Assembly (NCBI GenBank): GCA_041615815.1
Contig: JBFJCP010000018.1
Coordinates: 31,350-95,349, forward strand
Reading direction: 5' to 3'
DNA from: Gemmatimonadales bacterium
Lineage (GTDB): Bacteria; Gemmatimonadota; Gemmatimonadetes; Gemmatimonadales; GWC2-71-9
Length of the DNA: 64,000 nucleotides
Positions 49,358 to 58,849 of this stretch are shown in pieces. The stretch's first letter is position 1; each line of letters starts with the position of its first letter. Below the pieces are notes generated by a model, which worked only from the letters and a program-made list of their open reading frames with translations, searched no databases and had not been told where the DNA came from. The position numbers were made by a program, and so were the translations under genes.

Positions 49358-50542
49358 GTGGCTTACCAGAGCGGACGGCACTTTCTGCAGATTCCCGGGC
49401 CCACGAACGTCCCGGACCGTGTGCTCCGCGCGATGGATCGCGCGACCATCGATCACCGTGGACCGACCTTCGCCGAAATCACGCACGACGTGTTGCGCGG
49501 CCTCCAAACGGTATTTCAGACTACTGGTGACGTTGTTGTGTTTCCCGCCTCTGGCACCGGGGGGTGGGAAGCGGCGCTTGTGAACACGCTGTCGCCGGGA
49601 GACCGGGTCCTGATGTTCGATTGTGGCATATTTGCGGGAAATTGGTGTCGGGTGGCCGAGCGTCTCGGCCTCGACGTCGAAATCTGCCCGGGTGACTGGC
49701 GGCGCGGTGTCGATCCCAAGATAGTGGGCGAGTGTCTTGTGGCGGATCGTGATCACCGATACCGCGCGGTGGCCATGGTGCACAATGAGACCTCGACCGG
49801 GGTCACCTCGCCGGTTGCGGCCGTTCGTGAGGTGATGGATCAAGCGGGGCACCCTGCGCTCCTCTTGGTAGACGCGGTATCATCGTTGGCCTCCATAGAC
49901 TACCGGCACGACGAATGGAACGTGGACGTGACGGTGGCCAGCTCGCAAAAAGGATTGATGCTCCCGCCGGGGCTGAGCTTCAATGCGGTAAGCGGTCGTG
50001 CGCTGCAAATGAGCAACGATGCCAAACTCGCACGATCGTACTGGCGCTGGGATGACATGCGCACGTTCAACCGCGATGGATTCTTTCCCTATACGCCGGC
50101 GACAAACCTGCTCTTTGGATTGCAGGAGGCGCTGACGATGCTTCAGGAAGAAGGCCTGAGCCGAGTGTTCGCACGTCACCAGCGGCTTGCGGAGGCTACG
50201 AGACGGGCGGTGACGGCCTGGGGGCTCGAGCACTATTGCGTGGAACAAGCGAATCGAAGCAACACGGTGACGACGGTACGCACCCCGGACGGAGTCGATG
50301 CCGACGGCCTCAGGCAGACCATCCGCGAGTGCTTCGATATGTCCTTGGGCGGCGGACTGGGTAAGCTCAAAGGCCACGTCTTTCGGATCGGACACCTGGG
50401 GGACTTCAACGAGTTGATGCTCGCCGGCACGCTCAGTGGGATCGAAATGGGTCTCGACGTGGCGGGCGTTCCTCACACCCCAGGTGGCGTCCGGGCTGCG
50501 TTGGAGTATCTGGCCCAAAACGCCCGGGTGGAGACGGCGTGA
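49358..50542 (+). CDS. Serine/alanine-glyoxylate aminotransferase-like class V enzyme
   Basis: GRHFLQIPGPTNVPDRVL, SGTGGWEAAL, HNETSTG, SQKGLMLPPG, FRIGHLG. Confidence 0.92.
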   Translation: MAYQSGRHFLQIPGPTNVPDRVLRAMDRATIDHRGPTFAEITHDVLRGLQTVFQTTGDVVVFPASGTGGWEAALVNTLSPGDRVLMFDCGIFAGNWCRVAERLGLDVEICPGDWRRGVDPKIVGECLVADRDHRYRAVAMVHNETSTGVTSPVAAVREVMDQAGHPALLLVDAVSSLASIDYRHDEWNVDVTVASSQKGLMLPPGLSFNAVSGRALQMSNDAKLARSYWRWDDMRTFNRDGFFPYTPATNLLFGLQEALTMLQEEGLSRVFARHQRLAEATRRAVTAWGLEHYCVEQANRSNTVTTVRTPDGVDADGLRQTIRECFDMSLGGGLGKLKGHVFRIGHLGDFNELMLAGTLSGIEMGLDVAGVPHTPGGVRAALEYLAQNARVETA

Positions 50543-51522
50543 ATCGGTTGCGCGTGGCCTACGTGGTCACCGCGACCGCGGTCGTTCTGGGCTGCGGTGG
50601 TGGCGGAGGGCCGCTGGAGCTCAAGTTCGGCCACGTCGGGGCGCCCGGTTCGCTCTTCGCCCTCTCGGCGGAGGAGTTTGCCCGACGAGCCAACGAGCGT
50701 CTCGGGGGTCAGGCCATCGTCGTCGTGTTCGGGTCCAGCCAGCTCGGCGGCGACGAAGTGATGCTGCAGAAGCTGAAGCTCGGCACCCTGCACTTCGCAC
50801 TTCCGTCGACGATCATGTCGTCCACGGTGGACGAATTCGGGCTTTTCGAGATGCCGTACCTGGTGGATGACCGAGAGCACATGCAGCGCATTACCGAAGC
50901 CGTGGTGTGGCCGGAGCTCGTCCCACTGGCGGAGGCGCAGGGATACGGCATTCTGGCGGTATGGGAAAACGGGTTCCGCCACGTCACCAACAACGTACGA
51001 CCCATCGTCGTCCCCAACGACCTGCGTGGCGTCAAGCTGCGCACCCCCCGCGGCCGCTGGCGCGTCAGGATGTTCCAGTCGTACGGGGCCAATCCCACCC
51101 CCATGCCGTTGTCCGAAGTCTTCATCGCCCTCCAGACGGGCGTGATGGATGGGCAGGAGAATCCATTCGCCCAAATCTATACGTCCAAGCTGCACGAGGT
51201 GCAGCGATATCTCTCCCTCACGGGGCACGTCTACACCCCGGCATTCGTGACGGTGGGACGCGACGCGTGGCAACGGATCCCCATCGACCTCCGCACCGTC
51301 CTCGAGACAACGGCCCGCGAGACAGAGGCCTTTGTCTACGAGACCGCGGGCCGAATGGACGCGGCGTTGCTCGACTCGCTATCGGTGGCGGGGCTCGAGG
51401 TCAACGAGACCGATCGCGCCCGGTTCGTCCAAGCCAGCGGTTCCATCTACCGCGAGTTCGCGGAGGCCGTGCCGACCGGGCGCGCACTCGTCGAGCGTGC
51501 CGTGGCCCTCAGGGCTCCGTGA
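50539..51522 (+). CDS. dctP: TRAP transporter substrate-binding protein (lipoprotein)
   Basis: WENGFRH, KLRTP, ALQTGVMDGQENP, LTGHVY; lipobox VLGC. Confidence 0.93.
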   Translation: MNRLRVAYVVTATAVVLGCGGGGGPLELKFGHVGAPGSLFALSAEEFARRANERLGGQAIVVVFGSSQLGGDEVMLQKLKLGTLHFALPSTIMSSTVDEFGLFEMPYLVDDREHMQRITEAVVWPELVPLAEAQGYGILAVWENGFRHVTNNVRPIVVPNDLRGVKLRTPRGRWRVRMFQSYGANPTPMPLSEVFIALQTGVMDGQENPFAQIYTSKLHEVQRYLSLTGHVYTPAFVTVGRDAWQRIPIDLRTVLETTARETEAFVYETAGRMDAALLDSLSVAGLEVNETDRARFVQASGSIYREFAEAVPTGRALVERAVALRAP

Positions 51523-51529
51523 CGGACGG

Positions 51530-52003
51530 TTGAGTCCCGCAGGGTTCCGGCGCGGTCTCGAGCGCCTGCTCGAGGCCATCGTGATCGTCCTGTTGGCAGG
51601 GTTGACCACCCTCGTGGTGGTTGCCGTGGCCTTTCGAAAGGGCGGTGCCGCACTCGCATGGTATGATGAAATGGCATCGGTCCTGCTCGCGTGGGTCACG
51701 TACTACGGGGCCTGTCTAGCGGCACTGAACCAGGCGCACATCGGTTTTCCCACGCTAGTAGAAGCGACCCCACCTGCGTTCCGGTTGCCGTTGCTGGTGA
51801 TCCGAGAGGTGTTTGTGGTGGGGTTTTTTGTGATCGTCGCGTACGCCGGATGGCGAGTGCAGGGGGTGCTTGCGGGGACGTCGCTCGTCACGTTGGCGTG
51901 GGTGCCGCTGCAGGTGACGCAATCGGTGATCCCCATCGGGGCGGTATTGTTCATCGTGGCGGAGCTGGTGGGATTGGGTGATCGCTTGCCGGTGCGGCAG
52001 TGA
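51530..52003 (+). CDS. dctQ: TRAP transporter small permease
   Basis: W.DE...W..YYGA......HI; four TM segments; probable TTG start at 51530. Confidence 0.88.
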   Translation: MSPAGFRRGLERLLEAIVIVLLAGLTTLVVVAVAFRKGGAALAWYDEMASVLLAWVTYYGACLAALNQAHIGFPTLVEATPPAFRLPLLVIREVFVVGFFVIVAYAGWRVQGVLAGTSLVTLAWVPLQVTQSVIPIGAVLFIVAELVGLGDRLPVRQ

Positions 52004-53283
52004 CCCTCGGGCTCTTGTTCCTGGGGCTCGTGGCCCTCGTTCTGATCGACGTCCCCATCGCGGTGGGGCTCGGCATCGTCGCCATCGTTGCCATGCTCGT
52101 GACCACCGGGCCGGCGTCGCTTCCCAACGTGGGGCTCACCATGTTCACGGGCGCCACGACCTTCCCGCTGATCGCGATTCCGCTGTTCATTCTCGCCGGC
52201 GCCATCATGAACACGTCTGGGATCTCACGCCGACTGGTGGCACTTGCCACGTCGTTGTTCGGATTCATCCGGGGTGGGTTGTCGATGGTGACCATCGGCG
52301 CGTCCATGTTCTTCGCCGAGATCTCCGGCTCGGCGGTGGCGGACGTCGCGGCGTTGGGCTCGATTCTGATTCCCTCCATGAAAGAGCGTGGGTATAGCTC
52401 CGCGTTCGCGGCAGCCGTCACGTCTTCATCTGCGACGCTCGCGGTGATCATCCCCCCTTCGATTCCCATGATCATCTATGGGGTCATGGCCAACAGCTCC
52501 ATCGTCGAGCTCTTCGTTGCCGGCATCATCCCGGGGGTGCTCGGCGGTCTCCTCATGATGGGTGTGGCGTACGTCCTGGCTCTTCGCTACGACTTCCCGA
52601 TCGAAGAGATGTTCGCGCTCCGTCGCGTCTGGATCACCTTCAAGCAGGCGGGGTGGGCGTTGCTCCTTCCGGTGATCATCCTCGGAGGGATCTTTACGGG
52701 GTGGGTGACGGCCACCGAGGGCGCGGGACTCGCCGTGCTGGCGGCGCTGGTCATTGGGGGAGCCATCTATCGGGAGCTGTCCTGGCGTCATCTCCGTCGA
52801 GCCCTGGTGGATGCAGGCGTCCAGACGGCGGTGGTCATGCTGCTGGTGGCGACATCGGCGCTGCTGGGCGAATATCTCACGGAGATTCGGTTGCCTCAAC
52901 GCGTCGCTGCCGGAATCATCGGTTTCACTCAAAGTCCGCTCGCGATCCTCGCCCTGTTGAACGTGTTCTTTCTGGTCATTGGGCTGTTTCTCCATTCCGC
53001 GGCGGCTATCATCTTGGTGGTTCCCATCGTGATGCCTCTGGTGCATGCCGCCGGCATCGATCCGGTGCATTTCGGGCTGGTGGTGACCCTGAATCTCGGC
53101 ATTGGGCAGCAGACGCCCCCAGTGGCGAGCGTGTTGGTCACGGCGTGTTCGGTGGCCAAGGCGGATATCTGGGAGGTGAGCAAGGTCAACGTCGCGTTCG
53201 TCGGGGTCCTGTTGGCCGTACTGCTCTTGGTGACCTATGTGCCGGTAGTACCGCTGAGCCTTGTCCATCTGTTCTATCGATGA
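52000..53283 (+). CDS. dctM: TRAP transporter large permease
   Basis: AIPLFILAG, SGSAVAD, IIPPSIP, TATE, GIDPVHFG, TPPV. Confidence 0.95.
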   Translation: MTLGLLFLGLVALVLIDVPIAVGLGIVAIVAMLVTTGPASLPNVGLTMFTGATTFPLIAIPLFILAGAIMNTSGISRRLVALATSLFGFIRGGLSMVTIGASMFFAEISGSAVADVAALGSILIPSMKERGYSSAFAAAVTSSSATLAVIIPPSIPMIIYGVMANSSIVELFVAGIIPGVLGGLLMMGVAYVLALRYDFPIEEMFALRRVWITFKQAGWALLLPVIILGGIFTGWVTATEGAGLAVLAALVIGGAIYRELSWRHLRRALVDAGVQTAVVMLLVATSALLGEYLTEIRLPQRVAAGIIGFTQSPLAILALLNVFFLVIGLFLHSAAAIILVVPIVMPLVHAAGIDPVHFGLVVTLNLGIGQQTPPVASVLVTACSVAKADIWEVSKVNVAFVGVLLAVLLLVTYVPVVPLSLVHLFYR

Positions 53284-53301
53284 GATCCGGGGGGTGCGTC
53301 C

Positions 53302-54078
53302 GTGCGTGATCCTGTCTTGACGGAGCGGGACGGTTCGATCGTGACGGTGGTGCTCAACCATCCCGAGCGGATGAATGCGCTCGATCTTACGGCGTGGAAG
53401 GCGTTGGCCCGCACGTTTGCCACGCTGGACGCCGAGGATCGCGTACGGTGTATCGTGGTGCGCGGGGCGGGTGATCGAGCGTTTGCCGCCGGAGCCGACA
53501 TCGCCGCGTTCGAGACCGAGCGCACCGCCACGAACGCTCGTGCATACGGGGAAGCGGAGATGGGGGGGATTCTCGGCGTCGCGCGATCCCGACACCCAAC
53601 GGTCGCACTCATTCAAGGAGCCTGTGTGGGTGGCGGGCTCGAGATTGCCTGCGCCTGTGACATCCGCATTTGCGGAACGTCCAGTCGGTTTGGCGCTCCC
53701 ATCAACAGGCTGGGCCTCACCATGGCGTACGATGAGCTTCAATTCTTCATTGGCGCCGTTGGTCGAAAGGCTGCCTTGGAGATCTTGCTGGAAGGTTCGG
53801 TGTTCGGTGCGGAACGCGCTCTTGCGCTCGGGTTGGTGAGTCGGGTAGTTGGCGATGCCGACGTCGCGGATGAGGCCTACGCGACTGCTCACCGCATCGC
53901 GGAGGGCGCGCCCTTGGTCAATCGGTGGCATAAACAGTTCGCGCGCCGCCTCATGGACCCAGCACCGCTGAGTGACGACGAGGTCGCGGAGGGGTATGCA
54001 GCCTTTCGCACCGCGGACTATCGAACCGGCTATCGCGCATTCCTCGAGAAGCGCAAACCGGAGTTCGAGGGCCGCTAG
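53302..54078 (+). CDS. Enoyl-CoA hydratase/isomerase (crotonase) family protein
   Basis: NAL, AFAAGADI, G.CVGGGLEIA..CDIR, AFLEKRKP.F.G. Confidence 0.92.
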   Translation: MRDPVLTERDGSIVTVVLNHPERMNALDLTAWKALARTFATLDAEDRVRCIVVRGAGDRAFAAGADIAAFETERTATNARAYGEAEMGGILGVARSRHPTVALIQGACVGGGLEIACACDIRICGTSSRFGAPINRLGLTMAYDELQFFIGAVGRKAALEILLEGSVFGAERALALGLVSRVVGDADVADEAYATAHRIAEGAPLVNRWHKQFARRLMDPAPLSDDEVAEGYAAFRTADYRTGYRAFLEKRKPEFEGR

Positions 54079-55311
54079 GTGGGGCCGCTTCAAGGACTCA
54101 AGGTCATTGAGCTCGGACGCATCATGGCGGGGCCGGTGTGTGGTCTCATGCTCGCCGACCTCGGGGCCGAGGTCGTCAAAGTCGAATCCCTGCCGCACGG
54201 CGATCCATCGCGGCGGTTTCTCCCTCCCGCGCTACGTGGGGAGTCGGCGGCGTTCATGATCATGAATCGCAACAAACGCGGCATCGCGGTCGATCTGAAG
54301 TCATCGGGTGGCCGACGAACCGTGCGCCGGCTCTTGCTGAAGGCGGACGTGGTGGTGGAAAACTTCCTCAAGGGCACCATGGAGAGATTGGGGCTCGGAT
54401 TCGAGGAGCTCCAAACGGAGAACCCCGGGCTCATCTCGTGCGAGATCTCGGGATTCGGCCGTACCGGGCCGGACGCGGATCGCGGCGGGTTCGACCTGAC
54501 GGCCCAGGGCTACAGCGGAATCATGAGCGTGACCGGCGAGGGCCCAGAGCGGCCACCCGTCAAGTCCGGCGTGCCGCTCACCGACATCACGGCAGGAATT
54601 CTCGGCGCATTGGGGGTGGTATCCGCCTACGTGCATCGCCTGAAGACGGGCCGCGGGCAGCGCGTCGATACCTCGCTCTTCGAAGCCGGCATCACCCACA
54701 CCTATTGGCAGTCCGCCATCGCCCTGGCTACCGGCGTGTCGCCTGGCCCAATGGGGTCGGCGCATCCGCTGAGCGCACCGTACGAAGCGTTCGAGACGGC
54801 GGACGGTTGGATCAATCTGGGGGCGTCCAGTCAGTCCACGTGGGAGCGGCTCCCCGCAGTGCTGGAACTGCCGGAGCTCCTCGACGATCCACGATTTCGT
54901 GAAAACGCGGATCGGATGGCCAATCGTGCAGCGCTCGCATCGCTGCTCGCGGCCCGGTTTCGGAAGCGGACCACCCGCGACTGGTTGGAGCGACTCGACG
55001 CGGCGAGGATACCCGCGGGACCCGTGGCGAGCATTGGAGAGATGCTGCGTCATCCGCAGACCGTCGCTCGAGCGATGGTCATGCAAGTGGAGCACCCGCG
55101 TGGGGGGCAGGTCGAGACAATTGGGTGTCCGATCAAGCTGGATGGGAGCCAACCTCACACTGGGCGTGGTGCACCGCTGTTGGGTGAACACACCGAAGAG
55201 GTCCTGCGGGAGTACGGCTTTCGAGAGGAAGAAGTTCGGGAGCTCATGGCCGCGGGCGTGGTGCAGGCTCGTGTCGAGCAAATAACGAAGAGAGAAGGGG
55301 GATCGCGATGA
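54079..55311 (+). CDS. CaiB/BaiF family III CoA-transferase
   Basis: GPLQGLKVIEL, LADLGAEVVKVE, NRNKR, GFD, catalytic-region DITAG, APLLGEHT. Confidence 0.93.
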   Translation: MGPLQGLKVIELGRIMAGPVCGLMLADLGAEVVKVESLPHGDPSRRFLPPALRGESAAFMIMNRNKRGIAVDLKSSGGRRTVRRLLLKADVVVENFLKGTMERLGLGFEELQTENPGLISCEISGFGRTGPDADRGGFDLTAQGYSGIMSVTGEGPERPPVKSGVPLTDITAGILGALGVVSAYVHRLKTGRGQRVDTSLFEAGITHTYWQSAIALATGVSPGPMGSAHPLSAPYEAFETADGWINLGASSQSTWERLPAVLELPELLDDPRFRENADRMANRAALASLLAARFRKRTTRDWLERLDAARIPAGPVASIGEMLRHPQTVARAMVMQVEHPRGGQVETIGCPIKLDGSQPHTGRGAPLLGEHTEEVLREYGFREEEVRELMAAGVVQARVEQITKREGGSR

Positions 55312-56210
55312 CGGTCGTCGTGTTGGCGTTCGCAATATTGTCCGTGCAAGCTCAGACGACATCGATGGCAGAACTCGCCCAGCGGTTAGCGGGAATGACG
55401 GCCGTCGCGGGGTTCGAGCAACAGATGACCGACACGCTCGTGAGACTCCTCCCCGAAGCCCGCACAGATCGAGCGGGAAGCGTGGTGGTGACGCTAGGCC
55501 GCGGGACTCCCAAGCGGCTTGCCGCGTGTCGGCTGGACGAGCCGGGGTTCGTCGTTGGCAACATTCACGACGAGGGATTCCTGACGCTCCGGCGGGTGGG
55601 GAGTTCGCCTTCTCCGTTGTTCGATCAATGGCACGAAGGCCACCGCGTGACCGTGTGGACCCGAACCGGTGCTCGTCCTGGGGTCGTCGCGATTCCGTCA
55701 ACCCACTTGCTTCGCGGCAGAGCCCGCCGATTCGACGACGCGTTCACCGTGGACGATGCCTACGTGGAGCTCGGAACGAAGAGCGCAGCCGACGTGGGTG
55801 CATGGGGCGTGGCTCTCCTGGATCCGGTATCCCTCACCAAGGCGCCGCATCGCTACGGCAACGGACTCATGGCGGCGCCGTGGGCGGCACGGCGGACTGC
55901 CTGCGCGGCACTGGCACATGTCGTCGCATCTCGTCCCCAGGTTCGTGGGACGGTGATTGCTCTGTTCGCGGTCGAGAGCGCCATTCGGCACCGCGGGCTT
56001 TTGACGGCGGGGAATGTTGCGGGTCCGTTTGCCGAAACGCGATTGCTCGAGTACCCAACGCCTAGGGGACTCACCGAGGCGCTCTTTGGAGGCGTGAGCC
56101 TCGACATGCTCGACGCCCGGTATCGCGACACGCCGGTGGAAACGGTGAGTTTCGAGGACGCTGAGCGCCTCGCGGCTGCCATTCGCCGGTGGATGGGAGG
56201 TGGGCAATGA
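55308..56210 (+). CDS. M42 peptidase-like protein lacking metal ligands (probable pseudoenzyme), exported
   Basis: Aligns by eye with the downstream M42 gene, but HMDE>RLDE, DDR>ARR, EE>ES, HSP>DTP. Confidence 0.75.
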   Translation: MTVVVLAFAILSVQAQTTSMAELAQRLAGMTAVAGFEQQMTDTLVRLLPEARTDRAGSVVVTLGRGTPKRLAACRLDEPGFVVGNIHDEGFLTLRRVGSSPSPLFDQWHEGHRVTVWTRTGARPGVVAIPSTHLLRGRARRFDDAFTVDDAYVELGTKSAADVGAWGVALLDPVSLTKAPHRYGNGLMAAPWAARRTACAALAHVVASRPQVRGTVIALFAVESAIRHRGLLTAGNVAGPFAETRLLEYPTPRGLTEALFGGVSLDMLDARYRDTPVETVSFEDAERLAAAIRRWMGGGQ

Positions 56211-57301
56211 GAGACACAATGTTGATACTGGTCATGGCGATGTGCGTTGTACCCCGGGCCGCCTCAAGCCAAGGAGCCGAGCGAATCGAACACGCGGCCG
56301 CGCTGCTTGGTGAGCTCGTGGAGACCTACGGGGTATCCGGTGACGAAGCCCGGGTCCGTGAGGTCATCATGCGGCATATTCCCTCGTGGGCTCGATCGGA
56401 GGTGGACACCGCGGGCAACCTGTGGGTACGAATGGGGCGGGGCGATCCGGTGGTCGTGTTCGTCGCCCACATGGACGAGACGGGCTTTCGCGTTCAATCG
56501 ATCGAGGACGACGGCTTCCTCACCATCGAGCGGCGCGGCGGGTTCTTGCCCTGGCTGTGGGAGGCGACGCCGGCGCTCGTGCACACCCCAGCCGGTCAGG
56601 TTCCCGGCGTGTTCACGCCGAGGGACTCCCTGGAACCGAACCCAACGCGAATGCCGGCTGGTGGATTCCGCGTGGATGTTGGTGCGTCGTCCGCCCGGGA
56701 GGTGGAGACCCTGGGGATCCGAGTGGGTCAGACCGTCACCAATCCCAAACAATTCGTGAGGCTCCACGGGACGCGCGCCACCGCTCGTTCGTTCGACGAC
56801 CGGGTGGGTTCGGCGGCTCAGCTTCTGGCCCTGCAAGGTCTCGATCGATCGAAGCTCACCCACGAAGTCGTGTTTCTCTGGGTGACTCGGGAGGAGATCG
56901 GGTTAGTGGGCGCATCTCGAGCGGCGGCAGCCCTTGGGACTAGGGCAGTGCGCGTGCATGCGGTGGACACGTTCGTATCTGCGGATGGTCCGCACGATCT
57001 CAGAAATTTCGCCGCCCAACCCATTGGACTTGGGCCGGTGGCCCGAGCAGTCGACAATTCGACGGTCACGCCGCCGGCCGTGGTGGACACGCTCCGCATG
57101 CTGGCTGCGCGACACGGGATTCCCCTTCAGGTCGGCACGACGAACGGCGGCAACGATGGGGCCGCCTTTACCGCATGGGGAGTCGTCGACGTCCCCATTG
57201 GCTGGCCGCTTCGGTACTCGCACTCGCCGGTCGAGGTGATCGATCTCGTGGATCTCGTAGCTCTCGGCGATCTGGTCCGGGTGATCGCGGAGGAGTGGTA
57301 G
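56207..57301 (+). CDS. M42 (TET/FrvX-like) aminopeptidase, exported
   Basis: VSGDE, AHMDE, SFDDRVG, REEIG, AVD, GGNDG, YSHSPVE; ATGA overlap with the upstream gene. Confidence 0.9.
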   Translation: MRDTMLILVMAMCVVPRAASSQGAERIEHAAALLGELVETYGVSGDEARVREVIMRHIPSWARSEVDTAGNLWVRMGRGDPVVVFVAHMDETGFRVQSIEDDGFLTIERRGGFLPWLWEATPALVHTPAGQVPGVFTPRDSLEPNPTRMPAGGFRVDVGASSAREVETLGIRVGQTVTNPKQFVRLHGTRATARSFDDRVGSAAQLLALQGLDRSKLTHEVVFLWVTREEIGLVGASRAAAALGTRAVRVHAVDTFVSADGPHDLRNFAAQPIGLGPVARAVDNSTVTPPAVVDTLRMLAARHGIPLQVGTTNGGNDGAAFTAWGVVDVPIGWPLRYSHSPVEVIDLVDLVALGDLVRVIAEEW

Positions 57302-57310
57302 GGGGGGCGT

Positions 57311-58780
57311 CTACTGGAAGTTGGGCTCCTTCAGGACTTCGACCACCTCCACCCGCCCGCGTCCTTGCGCCATCTCGACAGGTGTACGCCGCCGGGCCTC
57401 CCTGGCATGGACGTCTGCTCCGTAGGCGAGCAAGAGTTGGGTCATTTGCACGTCGCCGTTGAGCGCTGCCAAATGGAGCGGCGTGAGTCCATCCGCCTGC
57501 GTGGCATTCACGTTGGCGTGGTGGGACAAGAGCACGTCCGCCACTTCGCGATGCCGGTAGCGCACGGCGAGATGGAGCGGTGTCCACTGGCGAGAGCGCC
57601 GTGAATCGACACTGGCCCCTCGGTCCAACAAGAACTCGACAATGGCGGGATGGTTCTCGAGGGCGGCGAAATGCAGCGGAGTGCGGTCGCCCCTGTCCCG
57701 CGCGTCCACGTTGGCCCCAGCGTCGATCAGGAGGCGAACCACCGTGAGGTGACCGTCACCGGATGCAAGATGCAGCGGCGTACGGCCCAGTCCGGTGAGC
57801 GCGTTCGCCGTAGCACCCCGGGCCAACAACATCTCCACCACAGTGATGTGCCCGCGCTCGGCCGCGCGGTGCAGGGGTGTTGCGCCCACGGCGTTGGAGC
57901 GGAGCTGTGCACCGCGGTCGAGCAGGAGTTTTGTTAGGTCCCGCCGGCCGGCTGCAGCTGCGATGTGGAGTGGTGTATCACCGTGCTCATCTCGGGCGTT
58001 CACATCGGAGCCCGTCTCCAGCAGCGCAGAGACGCGGTCCATATCACCCAGCCCGACAGCGCGGTGCAGCTGATCCCGCGACAGATCTGCGATGGGACCG
58101 TGGATGCCGACGAAGGGGAGCACCCGGTCAGCCGTCGTGAGAGCACGGGCACCGTAGTTCTCCAGGAGTTGCACGACTGTTTGGTGGCCGCGCAGGCGAG
58201 CGAGATCCGCGGGTGTCGCTCCGGTCTCAGCTGGGTTGATGTTCGCGCCGGCCCGGAGCAGCACCTCCACCGATTCGCTGTGGCCCTGTTGCGCAGCGAG
58301 ATGGAGAGGCGTGAGCCCTCTGAACTCCCGTGCGGACACGCTCGCACCGGCGGAGATCAACAGCTGCACGACGGCGTCGTGCCCCGTACGGGCAGCATAG
58401 TGCAGCGGGGTTTCCTGCTCCCGCTGGCGCCCGTCGACCGCTACGCCATGCTCGAGGAGAAGCTCGGCGATGGTACCATGTCCGTTGAGGGCCGCGAGAT
58501 GGAGCGGTGACTGATCCCGAATGTCCCGTGCCTCGGGCGCGGCACCCTTCGAGAGGAGCATGCCCGCGATGGCTACACGCCCGAATTGCGCCGCGAGGTG
58601 CAGTGGGGACCGCTCCCGCTCGTCCCGCCCTTCGATGTCGGCCCCAGCGGCCAGCAGCATAGATACCTGAATGGTGTCTCCCCGGCGCGCCGCCTCGTGG
58701 AGTTCCGTGCCGAGACCGGAATCCGGTGCCTGAGCCGAGAGGACGATGAGCCCCGCGATGAGCGAAACTGCCGTCATCAC
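57311..58780 (-). CDS. Secreted ankyrin-repeat protein (14 repeats in two blocks)
   Basis: Signal peptide; recurring TPLHxAA..G....V..LL..GA motif. Confidence 0.93.
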   Translation of the reverse strand: MMTAVSLIAGLIVLSAQAPDSGLGTELHEAARRGDTIQVSMLLAAGADIEGRDERERSPLHLAAQFGRVAIAGMLLSKGAAPEARDIRDQSPLHLAALNGHGTIAELLLEHGVAVDGRQREQETPLHYAARTGHDAVVQLLISAGASVSAREFRGLTPLHLAAQQGHSESVEVLLRAGANINPAETGATPADLARLRGHQTVVQLLENYGARALTTADRVLPFVGIHGPIADLSRDQLHRAVGLGDMDRVSALLETGSDVNARDEHGDTPLHIAAAAGRRDLTKLLLDRGAQLRSNAVGATPLHRAAERGHITVVEMLLARGATANALTGLGRTPLHLASGDGHLTVVRLLIDAGANVDARDRGDRTPLHFAALENHPAIVEFLLDRGASVDSRRSRQWTPLHLAVRYRHREVADVLLSHHANVNATQADGLTPLHLAALNGDVQMTQLLLAYGADVHAREARRRTPVEMAQGRGRVEVVEVLKEPNFQ

Positions 58781-58800
58781 GATCCCAGGCGGTGGTAACC

Positions 58801-58830
58801 AAAAGAGCGGGGCACGCCCCGCTCTTCGTT
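58801..58830 (-). terminator. Intrinsic terminator-like hairpin
   Basis: AAGAGCGGGGC-AC-GCCCCGCTCTT, with a U-rich tract on the minus strand just after the stop at 58850. Confidence 0.6.
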
Positions 58831-58849
58831 TGGTCGATGCCCCGTCATT

